A DNA stretch of 64,000 nt. Source: Paragordius varius (taxonomy: Eukaryota; Animalia; Nematomorpha). The stretch covers positions 6,262,001-6,326,000 of the forward strand of contig OZ176054.1 of NCBI GenBank assembly GCA_964247055.1, given 5' to 3'. The notes below the pieces were generated by a model. The model was given only the letters and a program-made list of their open reading frames with translations. It ran no database searches and was not told the DNA's origin. Position 1 is the stretch's first letter. Every line of letters begins with the position of its first letter. Below, one piece after another: positions 1-15,100 of this stretch. The position numbers and the translations under genes are program-made.

Positions 1-29
1 AAGAATATGTTAAATTATATTTAACACAT

Positions 30-1929
30 AAAATGGCTTTCAACGTTTCAACATTTAATTTTAATTTTTTTATGTCCACACTTAATTTATTTTAGAAAAA
101 ACGCGTTTAGTCGCACCGTTAATACCAGGTAAAGAGGTCGCCAATCCCACGTTTTTTAAAACATTATTGTAAGGAACGTAGTTTGTTTCAAAACGATTAG
201 ATTTTTCCAACCATTTTTACTGTTATTTTTTCTGATGCCCATAAGCTTTTCCTTATCAATATATTTTTTAACCAATGATACTTCATTAAAAAGATCATTT
301 TCTGAAATATTACTATTTGGAAATTATAGAGAAATATAATCAAAGGATTTTTGAACATCGTACCAAGTAAATTATGGTTCTAACGTAATCCAATATAAAT
401 GATCAATATCATTGAATTGTACCGTCTAGTCTTCTAAATAATCTTTGCAGTTGATATAAAACCTTTTTATATGGTTCATGATATCCTGATGGTTTATTGC
501 ACCTTGCTCTTCGAGCTCGTTTATATATTGAGAATGGTAAATGGTAGGAACTTATTTCCTAACCTCTCTTGACATTGGTATTTATTATTAACTTCATTTG
601 CTACTTCGATTGCAGATGTCACCTTCAATAAGTTTTTCGAGAAAGAGCTTGATTTTGTAGAAACTCTAGCCATATTTTTGAAAATTACTTTCAAAAAACT
701 TATGTAAAATTGTAAGACATTTGCGATAGAAAGTAGGATTTTAAGAGATCATCATGTTCAAAATTCTTAGCTGGCAGAAGAGCTAACCAAGCGTTTTACA
801 GTATCCAAGTATTTTCTGATATTCAATTTAGCATTTCTACGCGTACAGTGTATATATAGGAATAAGAATATATTTTAACAACAGTATTTTCCAATCTACT
901 GATAACAAGTCAGCAGCTGTTTGAATAGCGTTATGTATTTGCGCTGCACACCCAACACCAATAATATTGTGATTAGATCTTTCGCTAATTTATAAAAAAT
1001 AATTTGTGCCTCTTCTCTCTTTTTCTCCGATATTAGTACGTATTTGCACAGTATGCGATAATTATTTGTTTAAAAATATTTTCCAAAATATCAATAATAG
1101 AACTTAAAATTATTTAAGAATTTTCACCAGGTAAAGAGTTAAAATTATAATTTACCCCAGTATCTGAATCAAATTATCTTATGGTGGTTGGAAATGATTT
1201 TATTTCTTTATGATTAGATGAGTCAGAATATATGGATATAAAATCAATTTTTTTGTAAATTATTTTTTATTTCGGAAAATGCATATGGGGAAAGCACATT
1301 ACTTATTGCCTCGGCCTTTGTTCCAGCACAGGTAAATTTATTAAATAGCTTTCTGATAACCTGTCATGTACAATCTATAGATTTGAAGGAATGATTGTGA
1401 TTAACAGGATAAATGATATAACTCCTTTTGCTTTATTTTGTTAATTTTCATAAGTTGTTTTTTGAAAAAGATCTGGCATTTTGGAAGATGATGCAGCAAT
1501 ATTTAGACATCTTTTATGTTCTGTGTCTACAAATGCTTTGATATATCATTCTTTCCGCCGTGCAAAATACTGAATTCGCCGTTGCATGCTTGACATTTAA
1601 CTATGTAGTCCTTTTTAGATTTTTTATAAAAGGAAATTCTCTTAATTATCGTTGAGTTTACATTCTCTTTTCGTACTCATTTTGTTTAAAACAAAGATGA
1701 TTATATCAATATAAATAAATTATTATAATTTTCTATGGGAAGCGTAAGTAGGAGACTTGATTTGACTCTTCAGTTAGCAGTATGAACACAAAAAAGCGTA
1801 AAACAATGAGTTTAATATAAAATTTATCTGGATTAAAAGTCGGGATTTTTTCAAAAAAAGTAGCGGGACGTAGGACAAATGGTAAAAAATCGGAACTGTC
1901 TCGCCTAAAGCGGGACATCTGGTCATCCT
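30..1929 (-). mobile_element. Decayed hAT-superfamily DNA transposon (Blackjack-like terminus) with transposase pseudogene; runs off the window start
   Basis: Minus-strand fragments with stops and frameshifts: Zn-finger-like N-terminus (VKCQACNGEFSILHGGKNDISKH, ~1500-1610), IIAYCANT, IIGVGCAAQIHNAIQTAADLL, WLALLPA, LKSYFLSQ and a dimerisation-type motif SLPGINGATKRVFS (~95-140). The terminus reads AGGATGACCAGATGTCCCGCTT on the minus strand (ends 1929), resembling AGGGTGACCAGATGTCCC ends of hAT-Blackjack elements. Confidence 0.8.
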
Positions 1930-3196
1930 TAGAATAATGTTTTTTAAAAATCTAAAATTTTACAATTATATGACAGGGGGATTGAAGTTAATAATGTGAA
2001 AGGGAAATTTTGCCGTATTTTCAGCTAAATAAAATGCGAGATTCAAATCATTTTATTTATTAATTAATCATTTAATCAAAAAATGGTTTATTTTTTGGTC
2101 GCTGTATATCAATTGCTTTAGTAAAAACTTTTTAAAAAATACATAGTAAACATCTAACCAACTAGTCATATATTTATCAATATTACAGATATGGACTCAT
2201 CTTTATATTCTTAATATATTTCAAATTTTTGTATCTATAAAACATAATTTTATTTATAAAAATTGTCTGTTAGTTTAAATTCGTCCGGATTACATATTTT
2301 ACTGTATACATATATTCGAGACGAATATGTATTAAATTTTTCCCATATTATCTAAAATACCCCCCAAATATTAAATAATGGTGTTCGTTTTATATTTATT
2401 TTTTGTTTTTTAGATTAGATATTTAGTATTAAGCTCTATATAGTATAAAAGAATATGCTATGTTACATCTAGCCCTAGGTCTTCGCGTTAGGAATGCATC
2501 CATACCGTGCGATACAGTCAAATAAATTCGAAAATATATTTATCATTCTTATAAATTATAAATAATTTTTTAGTAAAAAAATTGGAATTAAATTTTGAGT
2601 AGTTTGTATTTTTCAATTAAAAGTCTATCCGTTTTTATATTTTGGCTTGAAATAGCGTTTTACTAAGCTAAAGATATTTTAAACAATACAATTTAAAGAT
2701 ATTTGTTATTAAAAATTTGCAACTACAATAGGGCAATTCTTGAACCATTTTTAGAATAAATATAACTAAAAAATTTATAAATCCTTTAAATTTTATTTTT
2801 GTAGTCGGAAATATGGAATATACTATAAAATTACAAAAAACTTCAAAGCTATTAAGTCTTAAATTTTTATACCGTATCTAAAATAACTAGTAATGATCAG
2901 TTTAATATTATAGAAAATCAATTGCTGTTAAGTGTATAAACCTGATGTCATTTTTAGCCATATATATATAGCTGCTATTTTATTTCATTAGTTATCCCTG
3001 TTGTCCATAAAAAGATGATGTTTTTGTTTTTCTTAGTCTTGAAAATTATTTATTAAGCATTTATAATAAAAGTTCCCATTAAAATATATATTTATTTTAT
3101 AATTATATATTTAAACGCTTCGTTCCCACATTATTATTGTTAATTAGGTTTAATCGAGTCTTTTCCCAGAATACATAGCGTGTTGATTTAATATAC

Positions 3197-6100
3197 CGCC
3201 CTTACATCGTAAGTGGTAAGAGGTGGCGTGGTGGTCGGAATAACTATATATGCGCAAAAATTGTTAATCAAAATATAGTAAAACCATAATATTAAATAAA
3301 TTTATGTTAATTAGATGTTTTATTTAAACAAACCTAAAAACTATATTAGGATACTTTTAGGAAGTTCGCACATTTTGTCAAAAAAGGATGAGATAATTTT
3401 ATATCTTGTGTAAAATAACATTTGAAAAATGATAAAATTAAGGTAATCAAAATATCTTAACAAATAAATAAATAAGAACAATATAAAATTTGTAATGTAT
3501 ATAAACCCTTATCGCATCGTTTTATCATAATTTCGGCTATGTGAGCGATTCCACTAATGGAATAAAAACCGCGAACTTCACTGACAAATGCATGGTTGTA
3601 TCTTTTTTCTGGCTTTTTGTCACCTGTGCTTATCGAAACATAAGTTGGCATTTGTCTTATAGTAGCCTAAAACATTTGAACGAAATTTAGGGTTTTAAGT
3701 TACTCAGATATTTATCAATTAAAACAAATCAAATGACTTACATTTTTGTGGTTGGTAATGGGCGAGACGCATTTTAACCGATTTGACATATCGTTTTTGA
3801 AATAAAAATTGCAAATCAATAGTAACGCATCTCCTGATGTGTTTTGTTTGGCAACTAACTATACAGATAATAAAATATGATAAAAGCAATAGAGTTGGTT
3901 GTGCCGAGCTTTTATGAAAAAATGATTTGGGTCAATATAGATATAAACATGTTAAGGTTGTATTTTGGGCTGATTCTTACTAAAAATGGAATCGATCGGT
4001 TCTAATTAATGAGAACCCTGAATGTCACCACTTATGTAAATAAAGAGTCAAATTTTTGAATATACAAGTTAATCACAAAGCATAATAAAAATATAAGAAT
4101 TTAAACTTATATTTAGTATATAAAATGTGATATTTTAATCTTTTATTTATAACGATTAAAAAAATAATTAGTTTTATTCAATAAAAAATTATTGTTCTTT
4201 TCTGGCTATAAATGACCGCATTAACAGTCCGGCTGTTTCTCTTTTATACCCTGTCAAAGACCTGCGATAACTATTTATTATTAAGATTTCCAATAATTTA
4301 AATGGTCAATTAATCAGTAAATTTTTGGCCTACTGAAAATGGGTAAAGCTACTAATATCAAAAGTCAATTCGATGTAAAAAAATGATGTTTAAATTATCA
4401 GCCGTTGTGACTTAATGATAAATTTGAGAATATATTTTTATTCATATAATCTCAGATTCTATATTTCAGAAAATATTGCTATTATTCATGAAGCTTCTAT
4501 CGAAAAAAATGATTTTTTTATATTTGCTTACTTACCGTTACCTCTATTCAGCAAAAGTAGGAAATAACATGATTTTTAACAAAATAATACAAAAATTCAA
4601 ACATGAAGGAGTGTTTTATTGATTTTTTGACAGTCCGAATCGAAAAAATTAATTAAAGAGTATAATACAATTAACTTACATTACTCGTTACAGTAACGTT
4701 TGTTGTATTAAATATCCTTTGAACAAATACAATTTCATTCAGTGTATACCGATTAACTTTGCTCAAAAGTGTTGTACACTGTGGTTTATTTGGATTGGAG
4801 CATTGAACAGATGTATTATAGATTTCATCCGCTTTCACCGACCATATAAGGTCGCGTTCCCTTCTTTGGATAAATATCTTGTCTGGACTATTAAATAAAT
4901 AAATATTTTATAACTTTATTATTAATATTAATAATATTGGTAATATTTTTTTATAAAAAAACTAATTTTTTTACATATATGAAGGGTAATTGGGAATGTC
5001 CAAAATTTCGCGCATATTATACCAACCAGTTTCAGTTATTTTTTCACATATATCAACCGTTATACCTATAAAAATTAATTTTATGCAATAAAACAAATTA
5101 TTCAAATTTATAATGCTAAAAAATGACAAATACTTGGACATTTTTTTATTATATTTTCGACAATATGATAGTTTCCCTCAATGGTATACGTTCCAGAAAC
5201 GGAGCTTATGAATAAATTTATTAAGTGTTCAGTTCTAGCGTTTCCATTTACTTGTGTTGTAATAGATAAAGCATTCTCTCCTTGTTTTATAGTAATCTAA
5301 GTTGAACATAAGTACTTAAAAAACAATATTGGCCAATTCATATATTTTAATTTTGCACTAATTTTTTTTACTAAACTGGAGACGGGTCTTTACATACTTT
5401 AAAAGATAATTGTTACATTTTTTTCAACGGGGAATTTAATAGCGTGTATAAATACTATTTTACAGAAACCATATATTTTTGTATTACATAATTGGCTGTA
5501 CTAAGTATAATTTGACACTTTTTTACAAAACCCAACTTACATTTTTAGCATCAGTTTTAGGAATATAACATATGGTTGATGTGGTGTCAAAGGTATCCAG
5601 TTTCATGTAACACACTTCTAAATCCAATGATGATTTTAGGTTAAGCTCTCTTAGATAAAACTAAAATATATAATACAGTAAAATGAAATAATAAAGACAA
5701 AACGTAAAAACATAAAGAAAAATATTTTTTCAAAAGATCGCTCTACCTTTTCAAACTTGGTTTTTTGAAATATAATTGACTTGCAAAATAAGAATAGAGA
5801 TGTAAATTGGTAATATATATATATATATATATATATAGGAAAAAATGAAGGTTAAAAATATATGATTGTCTTAAAAAAAAATATTGCCTTAATGTTTTTA
5901 CGTCTTGTTTGTTTTATTTAAATTTTTTAATTTAAAAAAATATACATAATTCTTACATTGCTACTAAAAGTGGTATCCATGACTTTGAAAGCATTTTGAA
6001 CAAAATTTAATTCTCGCATAGCAAGCTTTCGAATAGAACTAACTTCATATTGGCACAAAGCACTAGTGGCATTAGGACATGTGTCAGTAGTTTTTTCAAA

Positions 6101-9100
6101 AATTTCCGGATAGCTAATAGGCCAAATCAAATTTCCTTCATATGTTCGTTTAATATATACTGTTTCTGGCCTAAAATTTTTGTAATGATTTACGGGTATT
6201 AAATATCTAAGGAGAAATATATATAAATCCTTATATTATGTGATACATTTATTAATATTAATTTTTGTGTCCGTTGCCTTTTTGGGGCTTAAATTTTTTA
6301 ATAGAATAAAATTGGGTTTCAGAATACTGTACAGTATAAATAAAACTCGAAAATAACAAAAAGCCATAAAAATGCGCCAATTAGCTGATTCTATGACTTA
6401 TTATTTTAGGGTTTCGGTAAAATTCGATATGTTAAAATTATAACAAGCTTGGTAAACAAATATATATTTGAGTGAAGTTATTTTAAAACCTTTTATGCAG
6501 TCAATATTTAAGATTATATTTTAGACGCCACAATTTTTGACATGCAGACCTATTGTTAGTGTACTGTTATTTTAGAGCAGAATTTTTTAAAAAATTTAAG
6601 TATTGTTAAAAAAAATTGTTAAAAGTTAAAGTTTGGATCTGTCATGCAAAATACCCATTATTAAAAATTAAAAAATCCATAAAATATGATAATTAAAAAA
6701 TTCCATATTAACAAACGGTATAGATTAAATGCAATCTTTCAACATTTAACCCACATATATAAAATACACGGTTTAGTGTAAATTCTCGTTTTTTATTAAT
6801 GGGTTAAGACTTAAATTGTATTTAGTAACTACAATATCTTATGACACTCGCACCAGCCAGGAAAAGAGAAATTATGGAGTTTTGTTAACTCTGTCACACA
6901 TATGCAAATGCATATGTATTAGAGGGGCCTAAATACTCATCAATAAGTGGTTATTTTAAAAGTTTAAGGTTTTCATTCTCTATCTTTAAATATATATATA
7001 TATATATATATATTAAATTGGTAGGCAAATATAATTAATATGTTGCGCTAGGTACCGTTCGAACTACGTTGTCGTACCGCCCAGCACAAAAAGGCTATTT
7101 TGCATCTTTTTATAAATTAATGTTATTAGTGCTTTGCACGGCCTTTATTTGTAAAGTTAACTTGTTTACCCCCATTTTAATTTTTAAAAGCACAATTATT
7201 GAATTTGGCATCAAGTCGTTGAGCCGACTCAAATTCGCTTCGGCCATGCTAATAAGCCAATTAGCTCAATTCTTCCTATTTTTTAAGCTATATATATTTT
7301 TCTCAAAGGTTTCTCAATTTTTTACTATAAGATATTTCAGCCAGACCTTTGAACCAATTAAGTCGGCTCATTTACCAAAATGCCTGCCTGACTTTTTATT
7401 CTTATGGCCCTTAGTTTCTCATTAAATACTGAAATACATTAATTATAATAACAAACATGTATAATGGATATTTGTCGTCCTGCATCAAATTCTTCATATT
7501 GTATGAACCGGAGACTGGTATTAGGTTGCATAAATCTATTTCTGGACGGGCTAAATATTTTAATATATAAAAACATTCACTAAATTAAATATTATGGTTA
7601 ATAAAAACAATTTTGTATTTTCCGAATTTTTTATAATCATTTAAAACATGTAATTATACATTTTCCAAATTAATTTGTTAAACAGGTTTTTATCAGCTTG
7701 TAAAAGATATTCATGTGTAAAAGCATTTTATGGCGTAAAAACCGCTAGGCTACACTGAATCAATTTTTATGGTTGAAGTTTTTACTTATTAATGTGTGCT
7801 GTCACTTAAACCTACCATGAATATATAAGTCATAAAATAAATGGCAATAATACCACCTTTTCTGTAAATTAATTTTAACCTTAATATTGTGTATGAAAAT
7901 ACCTTTTTAAAGCGCTTTAATATCTAATCAGTATTAAAATAAGATTGGTACCTAATAAATACCTGTAGTGGTAAACGATGTAGTTGTTGGTAAAAAAGTT
8001 GGAATCGGCGTATCTTAATAATAAGATAATTTTATTAATTTACTTAATTGACTGAACAATATATTTAATAATTAAAAACTTTACTTTCATCTTCACAATC
8101 GGTAAAGATTATCTTAAATTTATGTCTATTTCCTGAGACTTCAAAGCTTCCAAATAAGTAAGTAACAAAAGCATTTGCGTACAATTCCGAATTTATTAAA
8201 CCGTCTTGTCCATATTCTTCCACGTGAATATTTATATTATCTTGACTGAGTTTGTTCTGTTTTTTAAAAAAAATTTACTAATTTGTGATCCAAAGATCTG
8301 GTTATTAAAATATGAGCCAGGACTTGGCTTTGTATTTATACATTTTAGACTAGGGTTGTCTAACATGTGGCCCTTCAAGGCATTATATACTGCCCGCGAA
8401 AACTTTGAAAATATATAATTTGAAAAAATATGCCCACAAAATCTTAGTAATATATATATTTCTTAAATAAATTTTCTGAATAAGCATATAAGAAGCAACG
8501 AACTCAAAAAAAAATTACAAATGTGTTTTGCATTTTACCGTCATATGTTTGAATATATAATATTATGAATGATATATATTTTAAATGCGGCCCACGAAGC
8601 TATTTGTGGTCAACACCCCTGTTTTACTTATTGTTTAAAAAAACGCTAAATGTATTTAGCAAACGAATATCTGATTAGCAAAACCCTACCATTCTTGCAT
8701 TGGCAGATGGAATCAAACAGATGGCACTAGCAGTGTCGCCTTGAAATTGTATTCGGCAAAATTCGAGATGATTTGCCTCGTAAGGGGAATCAAATGATAC
8801 CACCAGCTATTAACAAATTTTAAACATGTTTTTTATTATAAATATCATAAGTAATTTAAAAATCAATGATCAATAAGCCTTGCATTTGACGGAAAAAAAA
8901 ATATAGTAAAAGGAGTCAAAATAGATACATTCCTAGTTTTTTTACTGTGGTATAAGAAATTAGATATATTTCATACATTACTGCAACTAACAAACTGTTT
9001 TAAAGATTTACATTACTATCCACACTGTAGTTCCCAACAAGAGAATTAGATCGGGTTCTTTGATACTTGTTTTGTAACCAAACTATTTCATCTTGCCTAT

Positions 9101-12100
9101 TTTCATTTATTCCAGCTTCTTGTGGGATGTCGGTACTTTTACTGAATATTTCATCTCCGTTGACAACCCATATAATGCGTTCGCCTTTACGTTCAAGCTC
9201 AATTTCGTTAGGGCTATATTAATATCAATAAATTATTTAATAAATTGGGAAAAAATAGTTGACATGAATAGGGAAATGGAAAAAAGATAATAAAAAAAAT
9301 TTGAACCAAAATTAATCAAGATATTACATAAAATCAGGTATGCTTTCGTCGAGTACATCACGAATTTTATAGAGTCCTGATGAAGTTACCAATTCACATA
9401 TATCTGGGAGGGCTAGAGATAAGGTTTGAAAACAATTTTATATAAATTGCTCAAAATGGATTTTCAAAAAAAATAATTCAACAAATTATACGTGCTGGAG
9501 TTGTGGTTAAGATTTCAGTGGTATAGCTATCACCCGTTGCTATGATTAATATATATGCCATTATTTTGATTTTCATACTTTATTTAAGGTATTTTGCATT
9601 TATATAAAAAAAAATTCCCAGTCACGAAGATTTTCAAATGCGATTGGCTGGGAAAATGTTTTTACTATTAACTGGGTTTTGATAGATTAAGAAAACGTAA
9701 TTTTTTAATGAAAAATGGGTATACTTGGGTTTGTTGAATAGGTGGGAGTAGGGGTGGTAGAGGTTAACGGTGTTGTAGTATCTAACGAAAAGGTAGTTTT
9801 ATAAATTTGTGAACACCAAAAAATGGGAATAATTAATAAAGTTTACATGGCCAGCAATCTTCCAGCAAAATTTTAAAGTTGTGTTTTCCCTTTTTTACGA
9901 TTTTGAAATCTCCATAAATCAAAGTGATAAATTGATCTGATAAGATTCGATCTTCATTTCCAGTTGTGCTCACGATGGCTACTCCTTCAGTTTTTTGTTC
10001 TATCATACTCTAATTAAATGTTTAATGTTTATATAAGGTAAAATATTTAAATAATTGATAATTTTTTAATGATTGCTATATGTAAACCAGACTATTCCCT
10101 GATACATTTGGAATAAAGCAGATAACTTTGGGATCGTTTGTTGGTTTAAGATCTACAACGCACAATTCTATGGGAGAGATAAGTGTGTCATTTACAATTA
10201 TTTTCAGCTAAATACAATGGGGAATGATTATAAAAAAATTATAAATGCAAAATAACGTAATTATCAACTTAACCGTCAGCGTAAAATATATTGTGTTTTA
10301 ACTCAAATATACTAACGATATTTTAAAAAGTTTTGCCAAACACTTATTTTATTTTATTTTGATCCTTCTTAAAGTTGTGCTTTCAGGATTAATTCTTAAT
10401 AATAGAAATTTCCATTGATTCAAAGTTTCTGAAATTTTTTTTATATCATCCAAATCCTATTTTAAATTACCCTGCATTCATTTTTAACAACCAATTTTAA
10501 GCGGTGTAAGGTTTATTGCCTCCCATCTTGCAAAGACCAAAATAGTTAATGACATGCCAAATGGTTAAAAAACAATGGCTAAAACTAAATTTTATATACT
10601 TACTATATAATTAATTTATAATGACGTTTGTGATAAAAAAAAATAAAAATTACATCGCTTTCAATAACCGTGTCATTATGCATATCTTGATAATTATTGT
10701 TTTCATTTTGAGTGGAAAATCTTTTAAGCCAAACTATTTTATTGACTTGAGTAGAGGGTATGCTACTTATATTAACACTAACAGGCAAATATATATCTTC
10801 CCCTGAAACAGGCCAATAAACTAAATCATGGTCCCTTTGGAGGTATACTTCATCCTCACTAAAAATATTTTTATATGTATAATTTCAATAAAAGTTAAAT
10901 TTTATCAAGATTTCAGAAAATATACAAAATTTCCGGAACTGGATTAATAAAAGATCGAATTTTGTAGAAACCGGATACAGTAGCTGTAATACATATTTCT
11001 TTGTGATCTAAAATAATATATGATAAATAAAATATTTATAGCAAAATTTATTATGTTAACTTTGACACAAAAAATTATGTTACCGACAAAAATGGTGGAT
11101 ATTTGAGCCGTAGAGGTTGTTGGAACTTAAAATATTTGTAAATTAAGGATAGAAAAACATATTTATGTCAATTATTTCTGATTCTTACCCTGAACAGTCG
11201 TATTAAATCCCATAGCTGATGTTGTTTGAGTAATTACTAAACATGATATAAAAGATATTTTAGCGTATATATGGTAACAAACAGCTAAAGCCTAATTTTG
11301 CCATCCACAAATGGGTAAATTATCAAATATTCCCAGAACTTTATAAAAAAAAGGGGGTGCAATTTTACTATAATTAATTAAATAATTGATTAATATTGCA
11401 GTTTATACCTTGTGCGGTATAAGTTGGCGTTGGAGTGGTAGAGGTTAAAGGTGTTGTCGTATCTAATTTATAAGCATATGTCTCTCAAAATTACATTTAA
11501 GCTAAGTTTTTAAAATTGATAAGTTAAATTTTTCTCAAAAATTTATAATAAATTTTAGACATTTTTGACACTTATAAGAAATTATGATAAATAAAAGTTT
11601 GTTGATTCGCATAAAAACTTACATGGCCAACAATCCTCCAACAATATCTTAAATGTGTGCTTCCCTTGTTTGACAATCTTGAAATCGCCGTAAATAAATA
11701 CAATGAATTGATCGGACAAGATCTTTTCCTGATTGCCATTTGAGCTCATAATGGTGACTCCTTCAGATTTTTGTTCGATCGAACTCTAACATATGTATAT
11801 ATATATATATATATATAATATATATATATGTTATATTCTATTTGCTAATAAAATTTTTATCATGATTAGGAATTAAAAAGATCAAAATGTATAAATTTAA
11901 TACGTCTTATGTTTTTGTCAGACAAATTATAAGAAATCGTTTCAAATAGTTTGGATCAAAATATTTCATACATTTCTTCCTAACCTAGTTATTTATTAAA
12001 TTGTATGACCACTGTCCGTAAAAGGAGGTTGTGGATGATGTCTCTTAAAATTTTTGAATTTATTACTTAAAATATAGAGGTTTAATGCCCCAGAAGCACT

Positions 12101-15100
12101 TATTACTTATAATTTACTTGACTTCCAGCAACAGTAGGGATAAAACAGACAATGGAGGGCTGGTTCGTGGATTTAAGATCAACTACACATAATTCGATTG
12201 GTGACACCAAAGTTTCGTTGACAATCATTTTTAGCTGTATGATAAAATATATAAAAATAATTGACGATAATTTAGAAAATTATTTGGTAACATACCTATC
12301 GCAAATTTAGTAATTTACAATTTAAAAATTTGATTATATGATTACTATCAAAGATACATAAATTGGGGCCAAATTTTATTTATTATATACCATTTCCCAG
12401 TCTAAATAAACGTTTTCCCAGTCAATCGAAACATTTTCCCAATCAATCGAAACGTTTTCCCAGCCAATCGAAACATTTTCCCAGTCAATCGAAACGTATT
12501 CCCAATCAATCGAAACATTTTCCCAGTCAATAGAAACATTTTCCCAATCAATAAAAACGTTTTCCCAGTCAATAAAAACGGTTTTATTTTTGATGATAAA
12601 ATATCAAAACAGGAATATAAAAATAACTTTAAATCATTATCAGCGTAATATAGGATATTATTTTGCATAAAAACACAGTTATTGAATGAAAATTTTTCCA
12701 ATTTTATTCCAGTGCACAATCATTAATGACTTATTCTTTAAAGGTTGCATTTGAGATGTTTTTAAGATAATGTTTTTTATTTTATCGATGGTGCGCAGTA
12801 ATATTTGCAGAACGCTTTACAACTGTTTTTAAATATGTTAAGTTTATCGTTAAAAATACTGTCGGAAAAAACATCTAAATAAAAAATATTTTTTTGAATG
12901 TTTTTGATTTAAAAATATTTAATAAAATAGGATATTTGATTAAACAAGGGTGTCCAACTAAATGCTTCTCGGGGCGCTGTAACTCAAAACATAGTTCAGC
13001 ATTCGAAAATATGGGTATTCACATAATTTTTCGATTTGACATATTAAAATACAATCACATTATAATAATTTTTTTAATTCGCTACCAATTTAATAGGCTC
13101 ATTCAGAATAACTGCGTAGGAATTATGAATATTGCTAAGATTTTGGGGCCATATTTTTGCATATAAATTTCCTAATTTTTCGCGAACCGCATTAAGATAC
13201 TCGGAAGGCTAGGCCCCTGATGAACCAAATGATAAATATTATATTAGGGTAAAATTTATGTTTAAAATCCAATTTGAAGTGTTAAATGACCTTTGAGAGA
13301 AAAATGGTATATTTTAATAAATTTTATTATTTCATTCGTAAATATAGATTTTATATGTTATCCGCACATATTAGCGAACCACCGATTAAATAAAAAATAT
13401 TATCTTAAAAACATCTCAAATTCCAAAAATATAACCTTTAAAGAATAAGTCATTAATGATTATGCACTGTAAACTTGGAAAATTTGTCCTTCAATAATTG
13501 TTTTTATATTAAAATAATATCCAATATTACGCTGATAATGATTTAAAGTTTTTTTATATTCCTGTTTTGATATTTTATCATCAAAAATAAAACCGTTTTT
13601 ATTGACTGGGAAAACGTTTTTATTGATTGGGAAAATGTTTCTATTGACTGGGAAAATGTTTCGATTGATTGGGAATACGTTTCGATTGACTGGGAAAATG
13701 TTTCGATTGACTGGGAAAACGTTTCGATTGACTGGGAAAACGTTTCGATTGATTGGGAAAATGTTTCGATTGACTGGGAAAACGTTTCGATTGATTGGGA
13801 AAATGTTTCGATTGACTGGGAAAACGTTTATTTAGACTGGGAAATGGTATATTTAATCTGTTTACAAACTACAATAATTTACAGAATGCATTTGCACTTT
13901 TTATTGACTGGTAATGGCTACGAATGATGCATTGATAAGTGGTTAGACTTGGTTTTTATATTTTTACTGTATTAATTATTAATTTTGTCTTATTGAGCAA
14001 ATCCTTTAACGCCTATTTTCACGGGATTTTCTCCTTTCTTTTCGAGGAAATTGCAATAGTAACGCAAAATTTTTTTCACATCAATGTTTTTAAAGGATAT
14101 ACTTTATTTTAGGATTTGAGGCAAAAATGTATGAAATCAGTTTTATTTTAATTATATTAATGGTGAATAAAAATCACAATGGTTTATTCTGAATAATTTT
14201 CCATAAATATTATATAAAATGACGTTTAATGGTCAAGTCAAAAGTTAAAAAAAAAGGTTGAATGTAGTTTATATAAAAACGTTTGCCAAATTTTTAATCA
14301 TTCCTACTAATTAAAATTACTTAAGATTTTGTGAAATTATTATTTTGCCCTCGCATGTTTATCACAAGAAAGAGGTTTGATTATATTTCATTTTTAATTG
14401 TAAAAGTATTATTAATATTAATACATCGCTTTCAATAACGGTATTATTATAGGTATCATTGTAATTGTTATTATCATAAGTGGTGGAAAATCGTTTTAAC
14501 CAAATGATCTGATCAACTTGAGTGGATGAAACTTTGCTTATGTTTTGGAATTGTCCATTTTTAACAGGGAGATATATATCTTCGCCTGACACTGGCCAAT
14601 ATACTAAATCTCGATCTTGGTCTCGTTGCAAATAAATTTCATCCTCACTGTATAATACAGTGTAAAAATTGAAATTATACAAATAAAGTCGTAAAAAGTA
14701 AAAGACAGATATTTTTTAAAAGACCATCATGTTTTGGATTTTTATAATAACTCATCATTTTAAGGCGCGAATTAAGAAATAGAAATGTAAATTGTTAAAA
14801 CACTCAATCATATAAATACAAATTTGGGGAAAATAAAGTAAAGTAAAGTATGGTTGTTATTTGAAAAAAATTTGTTTTTAGTTTTCAAGCTTAATCTGTA
14901 AATTTTATCTTCACTATATATTATTATTTATAAATTGTTGATAAAAGTAAATTCATTTATCGTTTTATTATATAATTTTATGTGTAAGATTCGGACTCTT
15001 GCCAACTCAAGAAGCTTTGTTATAAATTATTATTTTTTTTTTCATAATAAAAGTTCAACGGCAAAAGATTTACAATATATCGGGTACAGGGTTTATGAAA

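Noticed and set aside
2890-3050. Possible seventh domain repeat or terminal exon (IIFLWTTGITNEIK, YIWLK)
   Set aside because: The similarity is weak and interrupted by stops, and I cannot choose among candidate last exons, so the gene's 3' end is left open.
7069-7425. 118-aa plus-strand ORF, or a MULE-like relic on the minus strand
   Set aside because: There is no recognisable domain on the plus strand; the minus-strand resemblance (SMAEANLSRLN) is too slight to call.
13217-13223. CTGATGA hammerhead-core motif (also near 9376)
   Set aside because: No properly placed GAAA with flanking stems could be built; the 9376 instance is antisense to a coding exon.
12402-13835. ORFs with heptad repeats (TGKMFRL/IGKTFRL) and a CRISPR-like look
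   Set aside because: The units are contiguous 21-bp repeats with no spacers and no cas genes. The two ORFs are simply translations of the inverted arms of one foldback element.
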